DNA from: Octopus bimaculoides
Taxonomy: Eukaryota
Direction: 5' to 3'
NCBI RefSeq assembly: GCF_001194135.2
Contig: NC_068991.1
Coordinates: 17,238,444-17,302,443, forward strand
Length of the DNA: 64,000 nt
Of this stretch, positions 27,330-41,536 are shown in pieces; the first letter of the stretch is position 1; each line of letters starts with the position of its first letter. The position numbers and the translations under genes are program-made. The notes beneath the pieces are model-generated. The model worked only from the letters and a program-made list of their open reading frames with translations, was not told where the DNA came from and did not search any database.

Positions 27330-29350
27330 TGTTAGTTTATTGTTATAATCTTGACTGGACCAAAGAAAAAAATATTGGCAATATGATATTAAATATTCAA
27401 TATATAGCTTTACTCCATTACCAAGCTATTACTAATGTGCTTGATTTGCCAAAAAAGTGCTGTCCAGTGAATCTGTGAAAACTTCAGGATTTGAAGACTA
27501 TTGCGTGTGTGTGTGTGTGTGGGGGGGGATTCAAGTTGATAAGACAAAGATTTGTTTTAAAGCACTTTGCAACCAGTTTTGCAGACCACTGGTGTTTAGT
27601 ACATTTTCATTTTCATCAATGCAAGAACATGATAGGTTAAGTGACTCTTCTAAAATTTCAATTCTGATTGCCATATCAAACAAGCTACATGATATTTGCA
27701 AAGAATCAGTTGTTAGTAAGGTTCTATGTCGCATGTATTAGACCGAAATGCAATCTCTTGTCTTGTGGGTACATGGTGACCTTACTGGTGCTGTTATCGG
27801 AGCCTGTAAAAAGCAGCCAGTTCTCCCTGTTAAATGGTTGGTGTTAGGAAGGGTATCAAGCTGTAGAAACTATGCCAAAATAGACATTGAAGTGTCCAAC
27901 CCATGCCAGCAAAGAAAAGAGGACATGAAATGATGTTGGTGAGCATTAATACAACAATGGATTGATGAAATGGGCAAGGGTTTAGAAGGCAGGTTATGCA
28001 GTCAACATTTGCATTGAATGAAGCTTTACTACAGCTTACATTCAGTTTATAAAAGAGTAAATAACTTGTGTTATTTGCCAGGTGTTTGGTAGCAGATACT
28101 AAGAGATAAAGAAAAGATTTCTCTAATAAAAATGTAGTGACAGCTGCAATTTCTGGAGCTCCATTGATCAGGGTTGCTATCGTAGATTCATTGGATACTA
28201 AGAAAAAGTCAGTGCTGGATGCATTGGTGGTGCATTGTGTAATCTATTTGCAACATTTAGTTGCAGAAAATTTAGTGATCACTTGCATTGATCATTGCAA
28301 TCAGTGCAACAATTAACAAAATCAAAAGCAGTCCTCTGTGACAGATTATTTGAACAGACATGCAAACAAAACAAGAAAAGATTTAACCCCTTTAGAAACC
28401 ATAGCTTGAAATGCACTGCCTTTAGCTCAGTTAATTTTGAAAATAATGAAGAATTTAGTTAAGTACCTTTCTCATTTATTAATCTGGTGTTTGGAACATA
28501 AATTAGCATGAAATTTGGATGGACAATTTTTATTTAGATCACTTTAAAATGTGCTGTTTGTATCATAGGACCAGGCATGGTCTGAGGGGGTTTGATATCA
28601 AAAGGGTTAATTAGTTGCTATTTCTTACATAAATTTTGCTGGTTGTCACAGGGAACATGTTTGAACCGCTTTTATAGATTTTTGGAGAAACTTTAAGAAT
28701 TCTTAGAAGACAGAAAAGCTTTCCTTTAAGATAACTTGAAATTTCATAAACTTATATGTCAGATTTATATTTCAGGTCTAATGAAATGAATTTGCAACTG
28801 GAAGATGAATTAGATTTAACTTAAATGAAGGCTTCTATAGGCGCCTTTGCTACAAAGCTTATTCTTGTCAAATACAACTTAGGATGTGGAGAATTTTACC
28901 AATTTCAAAGCCTTTCTGCACACGTGACATAAATGTGTGATGACATTGAGGTCTGCTGTCATCATTTGGAATAGTGAAGATCTTCTTGCTATGAAGATTC
29001 CAGAATGGGTCTTAGCTCCTTTAAATGTTGAAGAAACTGAAATGAATTTACCAGAATTGAATTGGCAACCAAAGAAGAGTTGAATCTCAATTCCAAGAAT
29101 GGGTGCCATCATTACTGGTTGCAGCACCAAATTACAAATCTTGGTCCTGGATTGTGTGCTATTGCGGAAAGTTCCTAATTGCATTTCCAATCATCATATT
29201 TAGTTGAATGTGAATTTAGTGCCATTATGAAACTTTCAATGAAAAAGAGAAACCAATAAATAATTGAATAATAATTGATTTAAGGTTACTGCTTCCTAAA
29301 TACTGAGCAGAGTGTGGGAAAAGTAATCTCATCACATCGAGTCTTTCCTT
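27330..29350 (+). pseudogene. Decayed hAT (Charlie/Buster, SCAND3/ZBED-like) transposase
   Basis: Frameshifted fragments in canonical order: BED finger (...CLICQKVLSSES...), SKISILIAISNKLHDI, VVHCVIY, INKIKS, NEMNLQL, IPEWVLAPF, KFLIAFP-SYLVE-EFSAI, KKRN. Interrupted by (GT)n, a LINE tail and a MITE. Confidence 0.8.
28383..28610. mobile_element. piggyBac-type MITE family B inserted in the hAT transposase fossil
   Basis: TTAA-CCCCTTT...AAAAGGG-TTAA; removing it rejoins ...KRFN/LLFLT. Related copies at 3497-3706 and 59204-59406. Confidence 0.8.
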
Positions 29351-29977
29351 GAAGTAATTTTAGATAGTTACATTCAATGAATTTGTTTCTTATCGAGTAA
29401 TGTCAGATATATTCAATAAATTCATTGGTTTTACATTTATTTTTCCCTGCTTTCATGGGTTAGACAAGGCATTGTCTTACAGTTGGATGTCCTTCTTTTT
29501 GCTAACTTCCTTTTTTTCATGTAAGGGGTTTCTCTTATTCCATATAACTTTGAAGGTGCAAAGCAGGCAGATAATTTGTTGACAGGCGAACTGACAATGT
29601 CAGCATTTACTTAATACACACTTTCTCCTCCCCACCCTCATTATTTTATGACTGTTTTTCCATGCTAATATGAGTTAGACATATATATTATTGAGGCAGT
29701 GTTTTACAGAAAGTTGCTCATCTTTAACCTAGACCTCAGCTTTCATATAAGACATCTTCTATTTTATTTACACAGCTTTAACCCTTTAGCATTGAGACCA
29801 GCCATATCTGGCCAAACTATTCTACCTGTTTTGTGTTCAAGCCAGCTAGATCTGGCCTCTCACACTACCCTGCAATGTCATTCTACATATAAACAATTAC
29901 ATTATGGAAATCTCAAAGATATGAGAGAATGCTGAATAAATCAAAACAATGTAAATAAATAAGCATTATATCTGACA

Positions 29978-30240
29978 GGCGCATGAATCGGTGGTTAGAG
30001 TGTCAGGCCACAGTCATGAGGTTGTGAGTTCGATTCCCGGACTGGGCTGTGTGTTGTACTCTTGAGCAAGATCCTTTATTTCACGTTGCTCCAGTTCACT
30101 CAGCTGTAGAAATAAGTTGTGGTGTCACTAGTACCAAGCTGTATCAGCCTTTGCCTTTCCCTTGGATAACATCGGTGGCATGGAGAGGGAAGCTGGTATG
30201 CACAGGCCACTGCTGGGTTTCCATAAACGACATTGCCCGG
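29978..30240 (+). mobile_element. SINE family 4 (tRNA-like head)
   Basis: ggcgcatgaatcggtggttagag...gagttcgattccc A/B boxes, then cttgagcaag. Related heads at 16378-16510, 31230-31310 and 58505-58750 (two). Confidence 0.75.
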
Positions 30241-31317
30241 AATAACAAAGTTTAGCAGGTCGGCTTATTAGATGTATAGTAATAAACTAAAATTACAAGA
30301 ATCTAGGACAATTCATAACTGTCTCTCTTTCTCTTTCTCTCTGAAAAAAAAAAAAAAAANNNNNNNNNNAAAAAAAAAAAAAAAAGTCTCAAAATTTCAA
30401 GAATGCACTTTGTACCATGTTTATTAAAATTAAGATCTTTTAAAGCATGTCAAACACCATGGTAAAGAAGATTTACATTATTTTACTATTTTGTCTTTTT
30501 GTAAATGAAGAGTTGAAAGGAAGGTGGTGTTAAAAAATTTCACTTATCTTTTTGGTTGGGGAAGAAGGGTGAATGGGGGAACTAGTATTTGTTTGTAGAC
30601 CACTGCACGATTGATTCTTATACTCTATGGTCCTGTATGTTATGGTTGTTTCATGCATTTATTCATGTAAAATCTACACTGTCAGATCATTATTTCCAGA
30701 GAGATCTGAGAGCATCTGAAGTTTTATGAGATCTAATTGGGCTGAGTTAGTTGTCTCTTAGTGGTCAAACTTGCAAGATTGTCTTTAGAGAAGCAGAGCT
30801 TAAATCTCCAAATCTATTTTACAATCGAGCTAAATGTAGGTTCCTTGTATGGAACTGATGAAAATTATTTACTGTATTGTGTTTTGTGTAATTTTCCTCA
30901 GTTCTTTCTACTTTTGGGTATATCACCGAGTCTCAAACAATGCACTGCAAGAGCTTATGTAGGTATGCGAGGAATTAAAAAAATTTTTTTTTTTTTGAGC
31001 TTTAGAAAATCTGTATTAATCCTTGATCACCTTGGAAAATGTGTGATTCATTATTTTGTTATTTACTATTTGACTGATAATACAAAATAGTGGTTCTCTT
31101 TATTTTTTTCCCCTAATTTTTACTTTTAAGATATGTGTTCTGTTAATTTTCCTTGTGAAGTGTGCTTGTAATTTTATATATTCAATCTGCAGTGTGTCAT
31201 AGTCAAAAACATGGAGGACCACTAGATTAGTGCATGGCCTAATGGTTAGGGTGTTGACCTTATAATCATAAGATTGTGGGTTTGATTCCTGGATTGGGCA
31301 TCACATTATTCTTTTTA

Positions 31318-31616
31318 AGCCTGGTACTTATTCTATCAATCAATTTTGCTGAACTGCTAAGTTACAGAGACATAAACACACCGACATCAGTTTTCAAGCG
31401 ATGGTGGTGGGGACAAACACAAGACAGAGACATACATACATACATATATATGTATATGACAGGCTTCTCCTCAGTTTCCATCTACCAAATCCACTCAAAA
31501 GGTTTTGGTCGACCCGAGGCTACAGTAGAAGACACTTGCTCAAGGTGCCACACAGTGGGACTGATCCCGGAACCATGTGGTTGGGAAGCAAGCTTCTTAC
31601 CACAGCCATGCCTGAG
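31318..31616 (-). mobile_element. SINE family 1, diverged
   Basis: Head and middle recognisable. Confidence 0.8.
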
Positions 31617-33693
31617 CCTGTTATATATTAACTTTTATTCTTCTTCATATACAAGATTAATTTCACTTTAATTTTTTTTTTTTTTTTTTTTTTAATGATC
31701 CAAACTGTCTAATTAGAAATATCACCTGTCAGATCATTACTATTTAATTAAATTCTGAGATTTCAGTTTTAGTTTAGATAAGTTTTGCCTCTTAATTCAA
31801 AACCTCAACAAAACTTTACATTTCACTAACATCCCTGATGGAAGTACAAATACATAGAGCTTCATTTCCGCACTTATGAATATTTAATTAATCATGAAGC
31901 TTTAAAAGCTATATAAGTAAAAAGAAAAATTTAAAAGAAAAAGTTTGCAGACTGTTTTAAATATGTTTTCCTTTAAATACAAGCGGCACCAGAAAAACCT
32001 CCCATATTTTATGCTGCCATTGGTGTGGTACTGGTAAAGTTAGGCTTGTGGTAACAGTGTCATCATGTAGCTTAGTGTCTTTTTTGTTTTTAGTTACCAT
32101 CATGGTTTGAATCTATGTATAACTATATATTTACTGTTAAAACATTTACCAAGAATAGTGAATCTGGGAGGGATTTCTTTTTTATACAACCTGTATAAAG
32201 TGACTTCAACTTCAATGTTTTTTGGTGACAATAACATAACTAACGAAAGACTTATGATTATGGAGGATGATCACAACCTATCCAGTTGTTATTTATTGTT
32301 GTCTGGCTGTAGGTCAACCCTAATTTATCAAAGGCATTTTTGTCATGATCACATAACATAAATATATCACATTACATAAATAAGAGTGTCTAAATGCTAG
32401 TTATTTGTCAGTAGATTGTAAATCTATTTATTTACTTTGTCATGGTTTTATATTTTATAAAAAATATTAAACTGCAGTAATATACTAGGGGGACCCATGA
32501 ATATTTCATGGAATTGATAATAAACCTATTGAGTTATTCCTGAAAACTTTATCCCAAAACTTGAAAGCGTAGCCTGTGTTGTGTCTGTATCAAAAGATAG
32601 TAGCTCATCTGCTATTCATTAAAAAGTGAAGGAAATTGGAATACGATGATTACTTGATGCACTTTATATATACTTTATGCACAAATTTATGGACTTTACA
32701 CAACACTCACAAAATAAATATTCCCTCGTTTTTCCATTTTGCCCCTAAACAGAAAAAATTACATTTTAAAATCACAATTTCATATCTAGGAAACAAAAAT
32801 TTTATTGTAAAAAAATAATTTTATATGTAGACTCTCGGAGTGGTTGGCGTTAGGAAGGGCATCCAGCTATAGAAACTCTGCCAGATCAGATTGGAGCCTG
32901 GTGCAGCCTTCTGGCTTGCCAGTCCTCAGTCAAATTGTCCAACCCATGCTAGCATGGAAAGCGGACGTTAAACTATGATGATGATGAGGAATATAGGTGT
33001 CACAATTTCACAGGGGTAAAAATTCAATGCAACATGGCATACTCTGGTAACTTATAAACCAAGGTGATGGGTCAGAGCCAGTGAACATTTCAATTTGCAT
33101 ACACCTTTCAGGAGGTATTGTTTTCAGTTGTGCGTATTTGTTTGTCCATGGACAAAATATCTCAAGAACCGCTGGATGGATTCAGATGAAACTTTCAGGG
33201 ATGTTAGGCCTCGTGACTGGCACAAACTGTTTAAATTTTGGGATCAATCTGGTACTGGACAAGGATTCTGGATTATTTTTCCTGTTTTTTTACTTAATTT
33301 TTGAGAGCAATCGAGTTCATTTTTACTATTCTCGTTATTGAGAGCAGTCGAGTTTATTTCAGATATTCTCATTTTAACAATCATCTCTGGCTAATTGTTA
33401 AGAGGACGTTGGTGTTGCCTTGACGGAAGTTTTGTGCTCTCTGAGTGCTCATTTTAATTTTACTTGGTTTGTATTTATTATGATTTTATACATGTTAGAT
33501 TTTATGAAATATATATTGTTCTTTTGTAAGATCTGGAATGTGATTTCAGGGAGATTTTACTGCTTGTTCTAGTAAATCTAGTGACCACATAGCTGCTCCC
33601 TTGTGCTCAAGTATCTTATACTATGAGGGTCACCACACCTTATCCAGGTGTTTTTTGATTGTATATATACTCACTGCAGCTTATTCAGTTCAC

Positions 33694-33732
<39 letters not shown>

Positions 33733-34058
33733 NNNNNNNNNNNNNNNNNNNNNNNNNNTTTTTTTTTTTTTTTTTGTATTATCAGTTAATCATAACTTAC
33801 CTATTAAAGTTACAAACAAAAATTGTGAATATCTTCTCAGCTGTAAGGAATTCTAAGGACCGGTATTTTGTGTCATGTTTCATGTTTATTACATTCTTGC
33901 ATAAACACTTACACGCTCTAATACAAAATTTAAGAATGTGTGTTTGTGTTGTCATCTTTTACTCTTTCATTGTGAATTTCTTGTCAGACAAGTACATCTC
34001 TGAAATTTATAAATATTGTTTTGACTAATTCCCTCTTTGTTTCTTTGTCTCTTTACAG

Positions 34059-34226
34059 TCCCTTCAAGGAAATTCCATCAGACAAAAGGTCTCACCACTC
34101 ACAGCATTCGCACCATCCTATGTCCAAGCAGCATTATACTGATTCATGCTCCTCCTCTCGCTCTCCACCCTCAGTGGCTGGACTCAGTACAGACTGTGAA
34201 GATTATGGAGAATTAGTTGTCCTTGG
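34059..34226 (+). CDS. peli: Pellino exon A (N-terminal His/Ser-rich segment, ends ...DYGELVVLG)
   Basis: Pyrimidine tract and acceptor ctttacAG (34057-58); in-frame ATG at 34120 (MSKQHYTD...); YGELVVLG matches the Pellino N-terminal YGELIVLG motif; donor GG|GTAAAA at 34227, phase 2, matching the next exon. The true start codon and acceptor are uncertain. Confidence 0.9.
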
Positions 34227-36194
34227 GTAAAATTAAAAGAAATTTTCTCTATTTTTAATGTTTTTAAAATCAGTTTTCATTAACATATTCTTTGTATTCG
34301 AGCATCAAATCTGAACCTTGGATGCTTTATACTAAAAGTTGTTACTTATTTTCCCTTCACTTTGTCTATACATGCCATCCTAAATGGAAAGTTTTCTTTT
34401 TATTTTCGTATTTACTCAAATGTTCATTTGATTGTTTGGTAATGGTATGAATGATATTGATAAGTTTTGTAGCTGAAACAGTGCCAGCTTTCTATCAAGC
34501 ATTGGCCATCTAAAGCATTCATTCAGACAATTTCTATTCCTGTTTTCACTCTTAGGAATCCACTTAATAGGATTGTATGACAAATGGATGAGTTCTTTTT
34601 CCCCCTTACATATCTTTGTACACGAACTTTGCTAGCACCTCATATTCTTTACCCCATTGTCCATTTAATTTGCTCTACATTTATAAACAGGGTCTTTAAT
34701 AATAATTGTCTCTATCTGAATTAGAATTTAGTTTGTTTCAACCCAACCCACAAAGCCAAACAAGTTTGACTCCCCTCTGTTTATACAGTTGCTTAGATTA
34801 CTAGAAATAATAGCCAAATCTCCCCCCAAACCACACCCTACTATTTTAAGGTGATTTAGTTTCTGATATACAAAAATGTGGGATGGTCATGGTTGAAATC
34901 CCTTTGATCATAGCTGGTACTGGGTTAAATAACAACAACAATGGCTGTATTTTGGTGTTTACTTCCTGCTGCAGAAATTTCCTATTGCATCCGTATGTTT
35001 TTCTGTCTTTTCCTTTCTCTTACTAAATATCAAAACAAAACAAAATAAAGAAAATTGATAATGGGCCTCACTGTATTGGTTTTGTTGCACAGTGTATGTA
35101 ACTTGTAAAGTGGTCTTTTGCCACTGTTGTATCTATCATTGTACAACCAATGTCGCTCTGACAGATATTGTTATATTCCAAAATCGTAGATAGCATGTTT
35201 CTCTCTGGCACTGTACAACCCCCCCAGTCACACAGTGTTATTATCCTCAAAGGGTTGGATTGTTATAACACCCACTGGATATCATAGCATAATTACTAGA
35301 TCAATACAGACACGACTATCAACACAGTCAAACACATACTCTCATACTCTATGTACTCTCTCAATACTGGCTAGTGTCACTTTACTCATAGTGACTGGCT
35401 CGTTTCACTCATCACATAGGAGGGGTGTACCATTATTACTAATTCCCTACAGCATCTCCCCTTTTTAGTTTTTCTTAGGAAGTGTCATTTTATCTTCTGT
35501 TGTAAGCCCAGGTCTGATCAAAGCTTTGTGAGTGGATTTGGTGAACAGAAAGTGAAAGAAGCTTTTTGTATGTAATATGTATATGTGTGTTTGTCCCCTC
35601 CACTGCTGACAACCACTGCTGGTTTGTTTACATCCTTGTAATGTAGCTGTTTGGTGAAAATGGGGTTGATATATTCAACTAAACCCTTGAAGGTAGTACT
35701 CCAACATGGTTATAGTCCAATGATTGAAACAAGTGAAGGGTGATTCAAACATAATACAACAAATTATAAAATTATTAAAAGTAATTGTAATAATAATGAT
35801 AATAATCATCATCATCATCATCATCATCATCATATGTCTGTTTTCCATGCTGTCATTGGTTGGATGGTTTAATATGAGCTAACCAGATACCCTTTCTAAT
35901 ATCAACCACTTTACAGAGTGTACTGGGTGCTTTTCATGTGCCACCAGCACAGGTATGTTTATGTAGCACTGGCATGAGTGCATTTTATGCGGCACTGACA
36001 CCTGTAAGTATGGATGACTGCAGTTTTTACTTCGCTTTACACAGCAAATTACCACAACTCCCGGTCCCATGTCATTTCTTCAGTGAGAAAGATCCTTTCT
36101 TACCACTTCATCCCACATCTTCTTTGGTTGACCCCTTCCTCAGGTTCCCTCTACATTTAGAAATCAACACTTCTTTACACAATTGTCCCTATCC

Positions 36195-36375
36195 ATACGT
36201 TAGCATGCCGGGTGAAATGCTTAGCGGTATTTCGTCTGTTTTTATGTTCTGACTTTGCTTTTCATCCTTTCAGGGTTGATAAATTAAGTACCAGTTGCGC
36301 ACTGGGGCTGATCTAATTGATGGCCGCCCCCACCCTCCCAAATTTTGGGCCTTGTGCCTAGAATAGAAAAGAATA
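36195..36375 (+). mobile_element. SINE family 3
   Basis: gttagcatgccgggtgaaatgcttagcgg...ttttcatcctttcagggttgataaattaagtacc. Other copies near 8680-8810, 10180-10510, 39735-40730 and 57130-57330. Confidence 0.8.
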
Positions 36376-38162
36376 AATTTCCAGTTTGTTTATAATTAAT
36401 GTGGTCTTTTTATAAGCTGTATTCTGTAAACTTGATTCTAGGCTTGTTGAGTCATACGTAAACATTTTGTGACACCATAGTTAATTACATACTTTCTCCT
36501 CTTTCTCTCTCTCTCTCTCCTCCCTCTTCACATACTTCTTATGTATCAGCCTTCTTTATTGCATTACTTTATTCAGTTCAGACACTTTTATTCTCTTTTT
36601 ATAGCCTGTTAAAGTGTGCTTTGCTTCAGTGAGGATTTTTTTTTCTTTTTTTTTCTTTTTTCCCTTTTTTTATAGCATTTTCTGTTTGTTTTTGTTATTT
36701 TCCAATCTAGGTATGTTGCTAGAAAATATTCAGAAGTAGATTAAATAGTTGACCTTTTGCTGTGACCTTTCGGTTCAGTTGTTGATTAGCAACAAGTCAA
36801 CACTAATGAAGCGAAGGTGTTTCAGTGATGACCACTCTTTCCAAGGGCATCTAGGACTACAATATCTAATGTATCCCCCCCCCTCCACCTTTTATTTTGT
36901 GATGGTTGAGTGCAATCTGAATGATATCTGGCTGCTGTTTCTAGCAAATTAAACAATCATGTACAGGATTTTTTTTTTGGCATGTATTGTGCTTAGTTTG
37001 TGTACAAGCATAACACTTCCAAAACCTGCAATTTCCTAAATGGAGTACTACAGGGATCCATTTTCTCATCCACCCTTTTCAGCTCAACTTGCCAGAAATG
37101 TCAGCCAAATCTCTTTGTGTCACACTTTGTCAGCAGGGCTTATACTTTCTTCTAATTTTAATTTTTTTATTTTAAACCCCTCCAGATGTGGGGGTGTCAT
37201 CATCGCCATGTCTGTTTTACAATGCTTGCTTGAGTTGGATGGGTGTTCCCTTACAGTGTTTTGTCACTTGTTGCATTCCTTTGACATCTCTTTTGCGAGA
37301 TTTGGTGTACTGCAGCTTTTAGCACTTCTGCCTATGTCATCCTTGGTTTTCCTCTTCCACTGTCCCCTTCCTCATAGATCTCTTGGCACTTCTTTGCCAT
37401 ACCTGTCTCTTATCATCTATACACATTGCATTTGATTCCCCTTATACCTAGTTTTTTCTGCCAGCTCACCTGTACCTCATCAGTCATACATATGTAACAT
37501 ATTCAACTGAACATGTTTGCTTCATTTCTTTCCGGCCTTCTCATATCCTCTGCATTCAGTACAAGTTTCCTGTATATAAAAATATCAGTTCCCTGTATGC
37601 TGAAGACATAGTGTTTAAATGGATGACATCTGCTTGGTGAAAGAATGTTATGGTTGGACAGACAAACAAGTTATTGTTTAGGCCCCAAGCCAATCAGGCA
37701 AACAAACCTGTAATCAGATATTTTATCCATCACTATCCTTTTATTGAAACTGGTTATATTTAAGAGTACATTATGTGATTTGAGATAGGTTGAACAGCCC
37801 TGTAGAGTCTCTTTTGGTGGTGGAAGACACAAGTGACATACATTAAGTTAAGGAAGAAAATTTACCAAGGATATTAAAACTCTCAGCAAAATAACACCGG
37901 ATTTACAAGAATGGCAATACGCCATTATCTTTCCCCTTCCAACTGTCATATTTGTAGGCCCCACCCAGACTGGTGAGATCAAACATCTGAATGTTAATTA
38001 TGCTGGGAAAATGCAGTGAGAGAACTGGGATCTTTGTTTGTCTGATACTCTGATACTGCAGTATTTGATACCCCTTTACATTAAATTCAAATCCCACACT
38101 AAACCAGAAACGTCTTAGGAAAGTGTAGTTATTTAAATTGTCTTGCATTTTCATATATGTAA

Positions 38163-38194
<32 letters not shown>

Positions 38195-38727
38195 NNNNNN
38201 NNNNNNNNNNNNNNNNNNNNNNNNNNNNNNNNNNNNNNNNNNNNNNNNNNNNNNNNNNNNNNNNNNNNNNNNNNNNNNNNNNNNNNNNNNNNNNNNNNNN
38301 NNNNNNNNNNNNNNNNNNNNNNNNNNNNNNNNNNNNNNNNNNNNNNNNNNNNNNNNNNNNNNNNNNNNNNNNNNNNNNNNNNNNNNNNNNNNNNNNNNNN
38401 NNNNNNNNNNNNNNNNNNNNNNNNNNNNNNNNNNNNNNNNNNNNNNNNNNNNNNNNNNNNNNNNNNNNNNNNNNNNNNNNNNNNNNNNNNNAGACCAATC
38501 AATGGTTCACTGTACTTATTTATAATAGTGATAAGGGATTTTCTGTGTAACTTGGTGTGAAACAAATACCATAGAAGGTATCATCATCATCATCGTTTAA
38601 TGTCCGCTTTCCGTGCTAGCATGGGTTGGACGATTTGACTGAGGACTGGTGAAACCGGATGGCAACACCAGGCTCCAAGCATCAGTTTTGGGTTTTTATT
38701 TTTTTTCACTGATATGCATCAGCAAAA

Positions 38728-38768
<41 letters not shown>

Positions 38769-39188
38769 GCACATCACACTCTACACAGTTTCCACTTATC
38801 AAATTTCATCAATAGGCCATTGGTAACTTTGAAGCTATGGTAGAGTACATTTGTCTGAGGTGCTGGGCAGTGGGATTGAATCTAGGATCATTTTGTTCAT
38901 CATCCTCTTCATCATTTAATGTCAAGTTTTCTTCCATACATGTATCTGTCAGATGGAATTTGTTGAGACAGATTTTCCATGGCCCTTCCTGTCTGTTGCC
39001 AACCATCTCCTGTTTCCAAGCAAAGTAATGTTTCTTTATGGCCAGATATGTTTTCCATAGAAGACTGGAAATGCACAACATGACTTGTACTACAGTAATA
39101 TCATGACAAAGATACATACACACATATCTGCATATCTATATACCTATCGATCTTTCTGTACACATACACAACTGGCTTCTTTCAGTTT

Positions 39189-39420
39189 CTTATTTCTTTA
39201 TTGCCCACAAGGGGCTAAACATAGAGGGGACAAACAAGGACAGACAAAGGGATTAAGCCGATTACATCGATCCCAGTGCGTAACTAGTACTTAATTTATC
39301 GACCTCGAAAGGATGAAAGGCAAAGTTGACCTCGGCGGAATTTGAACTCAGAATGTAACAGCAGACGAAATACCGCTAAGCATTTCGCCCGGCGCTAATG
39401 ATTCTGACAGCTTGCCGCCT
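39189..39420 (-). mobile_element. SINE family 3 with target-site duplication, nested in a family 1 SINE
   Basis: Flanked by tttcagttt at 39180-88 and 39423-31; minus-strand head aggcggcaagctgtcagaatc...gagttcaaattccgccgaggtcaactttgcctttcatcc. Confidence 0.85.
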
Positions 39421-40356
39421 TTTTTCAGTTTTTGTCTACCAAATCCACTCACAAGGTTTCGATCAGCCTGGGGCTATAATAAAAGATAATTTGCCCAAGG
39501 TGCCATACACTAGGACTGAACCTGACACCACATGTTTATGAAGCAAGCTTCTTAACCATACAGCCATGCCTGCACTTTATTGTAAAGTGAAGTTCTTGAC
39601 CATAATTTGGTACATATTTTTTTTATTTGAAGGATGGAAATAAACTATACAATTTCAAATTCAGGACAGGATAGGGGATAAAATGAAATGACAGTAAGAC
39701 ATGTAATCTGACGCTTAACAACAACAACAACAGTAATCATCCTTTCTGCTGTAGGCTTATGGTCTGAAATTTTGGGGAGTGGGGCTAGTTGATTACGTCA
39801 ACCCCAGTGTTTGACGGTACTTTTATTTATTAATCCTATAATGAAGAGAGGCTAAGTCAATCCTAGTGGTATTTGAACACAGAACAGAAAGCTGGAAGAA
39901 ATGCTGCTAAATATGGTGTAGCTCACCACCTGAAATAATGATGTCAAATTTTGGTGCAGTGCTTATTTTATCGACCCCATACGGATGACAGGTAAAGTCG
40001 ATCTCAACGACTCAGAACTCAATATGTAAAATCAGAAGAAATACCACTAAGCAATTTGTCTGGCATGCTGATGATTCTGCTAGCTTGCTGCCTTAATAAT
40101 AATAATAATCTTTCAAACATAATCACAATGCTTGAAATTTGGTGGAGAGGAATAATCAATTATATAAACTCCAGTACTTGTCTGATTTGTGATTTTATCA
40201 CTCCCAGAAGGATAAAAGGCAAAACTTACCTCAGTTGGATTTGAACTCAAAATATAAGGATGTGAGACAATAATGATAATTCGTTTTAACTTGGCACAAG
40301 GCAAGTAAATTCGAGGGGAGAGGGCAAGTCAAATACATCAATCCCCAGTACTTAAC

Positions 40357-40393
<37 letters not shown>

Positions 40394-41493
40394 CAGTTCT
40401 ATTATAGGCACAAAGCCTAAAATCTGGTGGGAGAGGGTTAGTCAATTACATTGACTAAGCATTTCGTCTAGTGTGCTAACGATTCTGCCATCTCGCTGCT
40501 TTAATATTAATAATCCTTTCTACTATAGGGACAAGGCCTGAGCTTTTGCGGGAGGGAGCTAATTGATTACATCGATCCAGGTACTAAACTAGTTCTTACT
40601 TTTGTTTGGTCTCAAAAGGATGCAAGGCAAAGTCAACCTTGTCAGAATTTGAGCCCAGAATGTAAATCTGGAAGAAATGCTCCAGAAAATTTTGTCCAGC
40701 ATGCTAACAAATTTGCCAGTTTTCTTCCTTAATAATAATAATAATGATGTTAATATATCATAGATTTATTACAAGTAAGTTTCATTAAACAGCTGCTGTT
40801 TGCTATGTTAATCTTCGGTTTAATATGATGCAGTTTTGGCTGACCACTGTGTTTTGCACTTATTCAGTCTATACACAATTTGGGGATGAAGGGGTGCTAT
40901 TCACGTGTCGTTAGAGTGTATTATTGTGTATTCACGTGTTTCTAGTATGTAGTGTTTGTGTGTGTTCATGTGTTTTTAGTGCCTGTATGGTAATTGTATT
41001 GTGTGTGGGTAGAGAGAAAGTGTTACCATATGGTGTGTGTATGTGATTGTTTGTTCCATGATGAGTATATAATGCACGAGGTGGTGGGGAGGAGAAGCAG
41101 TCTTTATTTAAGCTATTCTCATTCATTTTATCAAATAAGCCTTTGTGATTTGTTTAAAATGTGGATTCTGCTTATTATTCATAGGTGAAAGGGTTTGGTG
41201 CCTTAGGGTCTTTAGGGAACCTTGCATAATCCTATTTGACTCTACTTTTTGACTATTTTACAAAGAAAAATCATTAATCTTCTGACACACTTCAGTTTTT
41301 ATTTTTTGTATCGTATAATTTCTTCTCCTTTAAAAAGTCAATTTAATCTTCCCCTTCTCATAATAGAATTAAAAAACAAAGCGAATCGGATATTTTAAAT
41401 GATGTATCCCTCTCCCCGCCATCCTTCTAATCTAAATCTTTATCTATGATCTGTTTTGGGTAACACTCTATTCTTAAGTCAGAAACCATTTTG

Positions 41494-41536
<43 letters not shown>

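Noticed and set aside
27330-29350. Domesticated ZBED/SCAND-like host gene
   Set aside because: Many stops, frameshifts and nested insertions; it is a fossil.
29978-30050. tRNA-like sequences with A/B boxes (also 11550-11620 and 58505-58570)
   Set aside because: They run into SINE bodies and lack an acceptor stem, so they are SINE heads rather than tRNA genes.
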